Positions 24,547-25,711 of a DNA stretch of 25,711 nt are shown here, in pieces. Location of the stretch: positions 1 to 25,711 of the IMG/VR virus record IMGVR_UViG_3300005662_000207. One strand, given 5' to 3'. The notes under the pieces are model-generated. The model was not told where the DNA came from, searched no databases, and worked only from the letters and a program-made list of their open reading frames with translations. The position numbers were made by a program, and so were the translations under genes. This DNA comes from a virus. Its lineage: Duplodnaviria; Caudoviricetes. Numbering within the stretch: position 1 is the stretch's first letter; every line of letters begins with the position of its first letter.

Positions 24547-24795
24547 TTATTTATCGTCTTCTTCGGAGTCTTCGTCGTCCTCTAATTCAACAAATCCTAA
24601 AACAACATTTTTTGGTACGCAAATTCCAAGGGCCCCTAAAAATCTTTGAAATGCATCTAATAACGCTTCTACGGAAGTTTCTTCTCCATCCAAAGACACC
24701 TCAATGTTTTGGTGAAGTTCTGGGGAGGTAAACGAAAATTTCACTCGCGCATCTTCTTCAAATTTAGAATTGGGTAGTTCGAACGGTAGTCTCAT
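24547..24795 (-). CDS. small acidic hypothetical protein
   Basis: 82 aa; contains LLDAFQRFLGALG. Confidence 0.6.
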   Translation of the reverse strand: MRLPFELPNSKFEEDARVKFSFTSPELHQNIEVSLDGEETSVEALLDAFQRFLGALGICVPKNVVLGFVELEDDEDSEEDDK

Positions 24796-24879
24796 ATGTA
24801 TATATTATTTATCAAACTTTGGAATAAGTACTAATAGATGTTAATAACAACGTCTCATTTTAATTTTGAATTTACTCTT

Positions 24880-24907
24880 AGCAGCTTACTGGCTGCTTTT
24901 TCTTTTT
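24880..24907 (+). terminator. terminator-like hairpin immediately upstream of phoH
   Basis: AGCAGC(T)-TACT-(G)GCTGCT followed by a T-rich tract ending 3 nt before ATG 24911. Confidence 0.5.
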
Positions 24908-24910
24908 ACC

Positions 24911-25687
24911 ATGAAAAAAAATAAAACTTCAGCAAAATCTGAACAAAAATCTAAATCTGTACAAACAAAGGATACTTCTCCTTACGTTTTTCAAAGAGAA
25001 AAAATTAATTTTTCTTTAAATTTGCGAGGACTTGATTGGACAGAAAAACAAAAAGCTTTTATCGAATTAGCTACTCATAAAGACACAAAAATCGTATTTT
25101 TATCTGGACCTGCCGGAACATCAAAAAGTATTTTAGCAATTTATAGTGCTTTGTTGCTTTTAAATCAAAAAAGAGTCAGCGACTTAGTGTACATCAGAAC
25201 AATTATTGAAAGCGCCTCCCATTCTATGGGTACGTTACCTGGAGACATGTCAGACAAACTACACTATTTTGTTTCTGTGCTAAACGATAAATTAGAAGAG
25301 CTGTTGCCTTTAGGAGACATTAAAAAACTCCAAGCCGACGAACGTGTCAAAGGAATGCCTGTCAATTATCTTAGAGGAGCCTCATACAACGCAAAAGCTG
25401 TTATTATAGACGAAGCTCAAAACGGAACGTTTAGTGAGCTATTAACTTGCTTAACTCGCATTGGCAAATTTACAAAATATTTTGTTCTTGGGGATCCAAT
25501 GCAAACCGATCTTAAAAACAAAGAACATTCCGGCTTTAAACCAATGTTTAATATCTTTAACACAGAAGAAGCCCAAAAGCAAGGAATTTATTGCGTAGAG
25601 TTTGGTAAAGAAGATATTATGAGATCTGAAATCCTAAAATTTATTATCGAAGAAATTGAAAAATATAAACTTCAAAATCCTAAATAA
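24911..25687 (+). CDS. phoH: PhoH-like ATPase
   Basis: GPAGTSKS, GTLPG, YLRG, IIDEAQN, LTRIG, GDPMQTDL and DIMRS. ATG 24911 is preferred over TTG 24866. Confidence 0.93.
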   Translation: MKKNKTSAKSEQKSKSVQTKDTSPYVFQREKINFSLNLRGLDWTEKQKAFIELATHKDTKIVFLSGPAGTSKSILAIYSALLLLNQKRVSDLVYIRTIIESASHSMGTLPGDMSDKLHYFVSVLNDKLEELLPLGDIKKLQADERVKGMPVNYLRGASYNAKAVIIDEAQNGTFSELLTCLTRIGKFTKYFVLGDPMQTDLKNKEHSGFKPMFNIFNTEEAQKQGIYCVEFGKEDIMRSEILKFIIEEIEKYKLQNPK

Positions 25688-25692
25688 TATAC

Positions 25693-25711
25693 ATGTCAAA
25701 GAGTCTAATAG
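25693..25711 (+). CDS. start of the next late gene (truncated by the window edge)
   Basis: TAAATA at 25681-25686, ATG 6 nt later, frame open to the end of the window. Confidence 0.4.

Noticed and set aside
446-24731. Many antisense or alternate-frame ORFs in the track (e.g. 2755-3198 -, 10167-10727 +, 20605-21060 +, 8864-9115 -)
   Set aside because: They lie largely or wholly within well-supported genes, carry no recognisable motifs and lack the upstream boxes; treated as shadow ORFs.
24866-24910. Hydrophobic N-terminal extension of PhoH from TTG 24866
   Set aside because: It is just the translation of the T-rich hairpin region; ATG 24911 gives a normal PhoH N-terminus.
1-25711. Stop-codon reassignment (alternative genetic code)
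   Set aside because: Conserved genes are full-length in the standard code, and TAA, TAG and TGA all end genes at sensible positions.
1-25711. CRISPR array, tRNA genes, IS elements
   Set aside because: No regularly spaced repeats, cloverleaf-like sequences or transposase motifs seen; the longer apparent gaps are explained by small ORFs or promoters.

Overview
AT-rich, densely coding segment of a large T4-like myovirus (contractile-tailed dsDNA phage), read in the standard genetic code. No tRNA, rRNA, CRISPR array or mobile element was seen. Left part (+ strand): a replication block (DHH/DHHA1 phosphoesterase cut by the window edge, gp32-like SSB, FolE GTP cyclohydrolase I, gp45-like sliding clamp), a large terminase with two N-terminal AT-hook motifs, and tail genes (gp3-like terminator, gp18 sheath, gp19 tube) closed by an intrinsic terminator. 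Middle (+): accessory genes, including two tandem zinc deaminases, an HExxH metalloprotease-like protein, an Rnl1-like RNA ligase, an RmlB C-terminal remnant, a membrane-anchored SH3b protein and a CX5R phosphatase. Right part (mostly - strand): gp15-like protein with an Ig/IPT-like extension, a coupled ligase-fold (DUF6267-like) plus HIGH-type nucleotidyltransferase pair, a DenV-like glycosylase, a PD-(D/E)xK-like nuclease, and PhoH (+). Main hypotheses: (1) a set of late-expressed enzymes whose N-termini resemble the T4 capsid-targeting sequence, suggesting they are packaged and injected; (2) apparently leaderless expression, with TAAnTA boxes 5-7 nt before ATG and sigma70-type promoters with a 16-bp spacer, mostly 6-8 nt before the start codon. 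All family calls come from motif recognition by eye, not from database searches.
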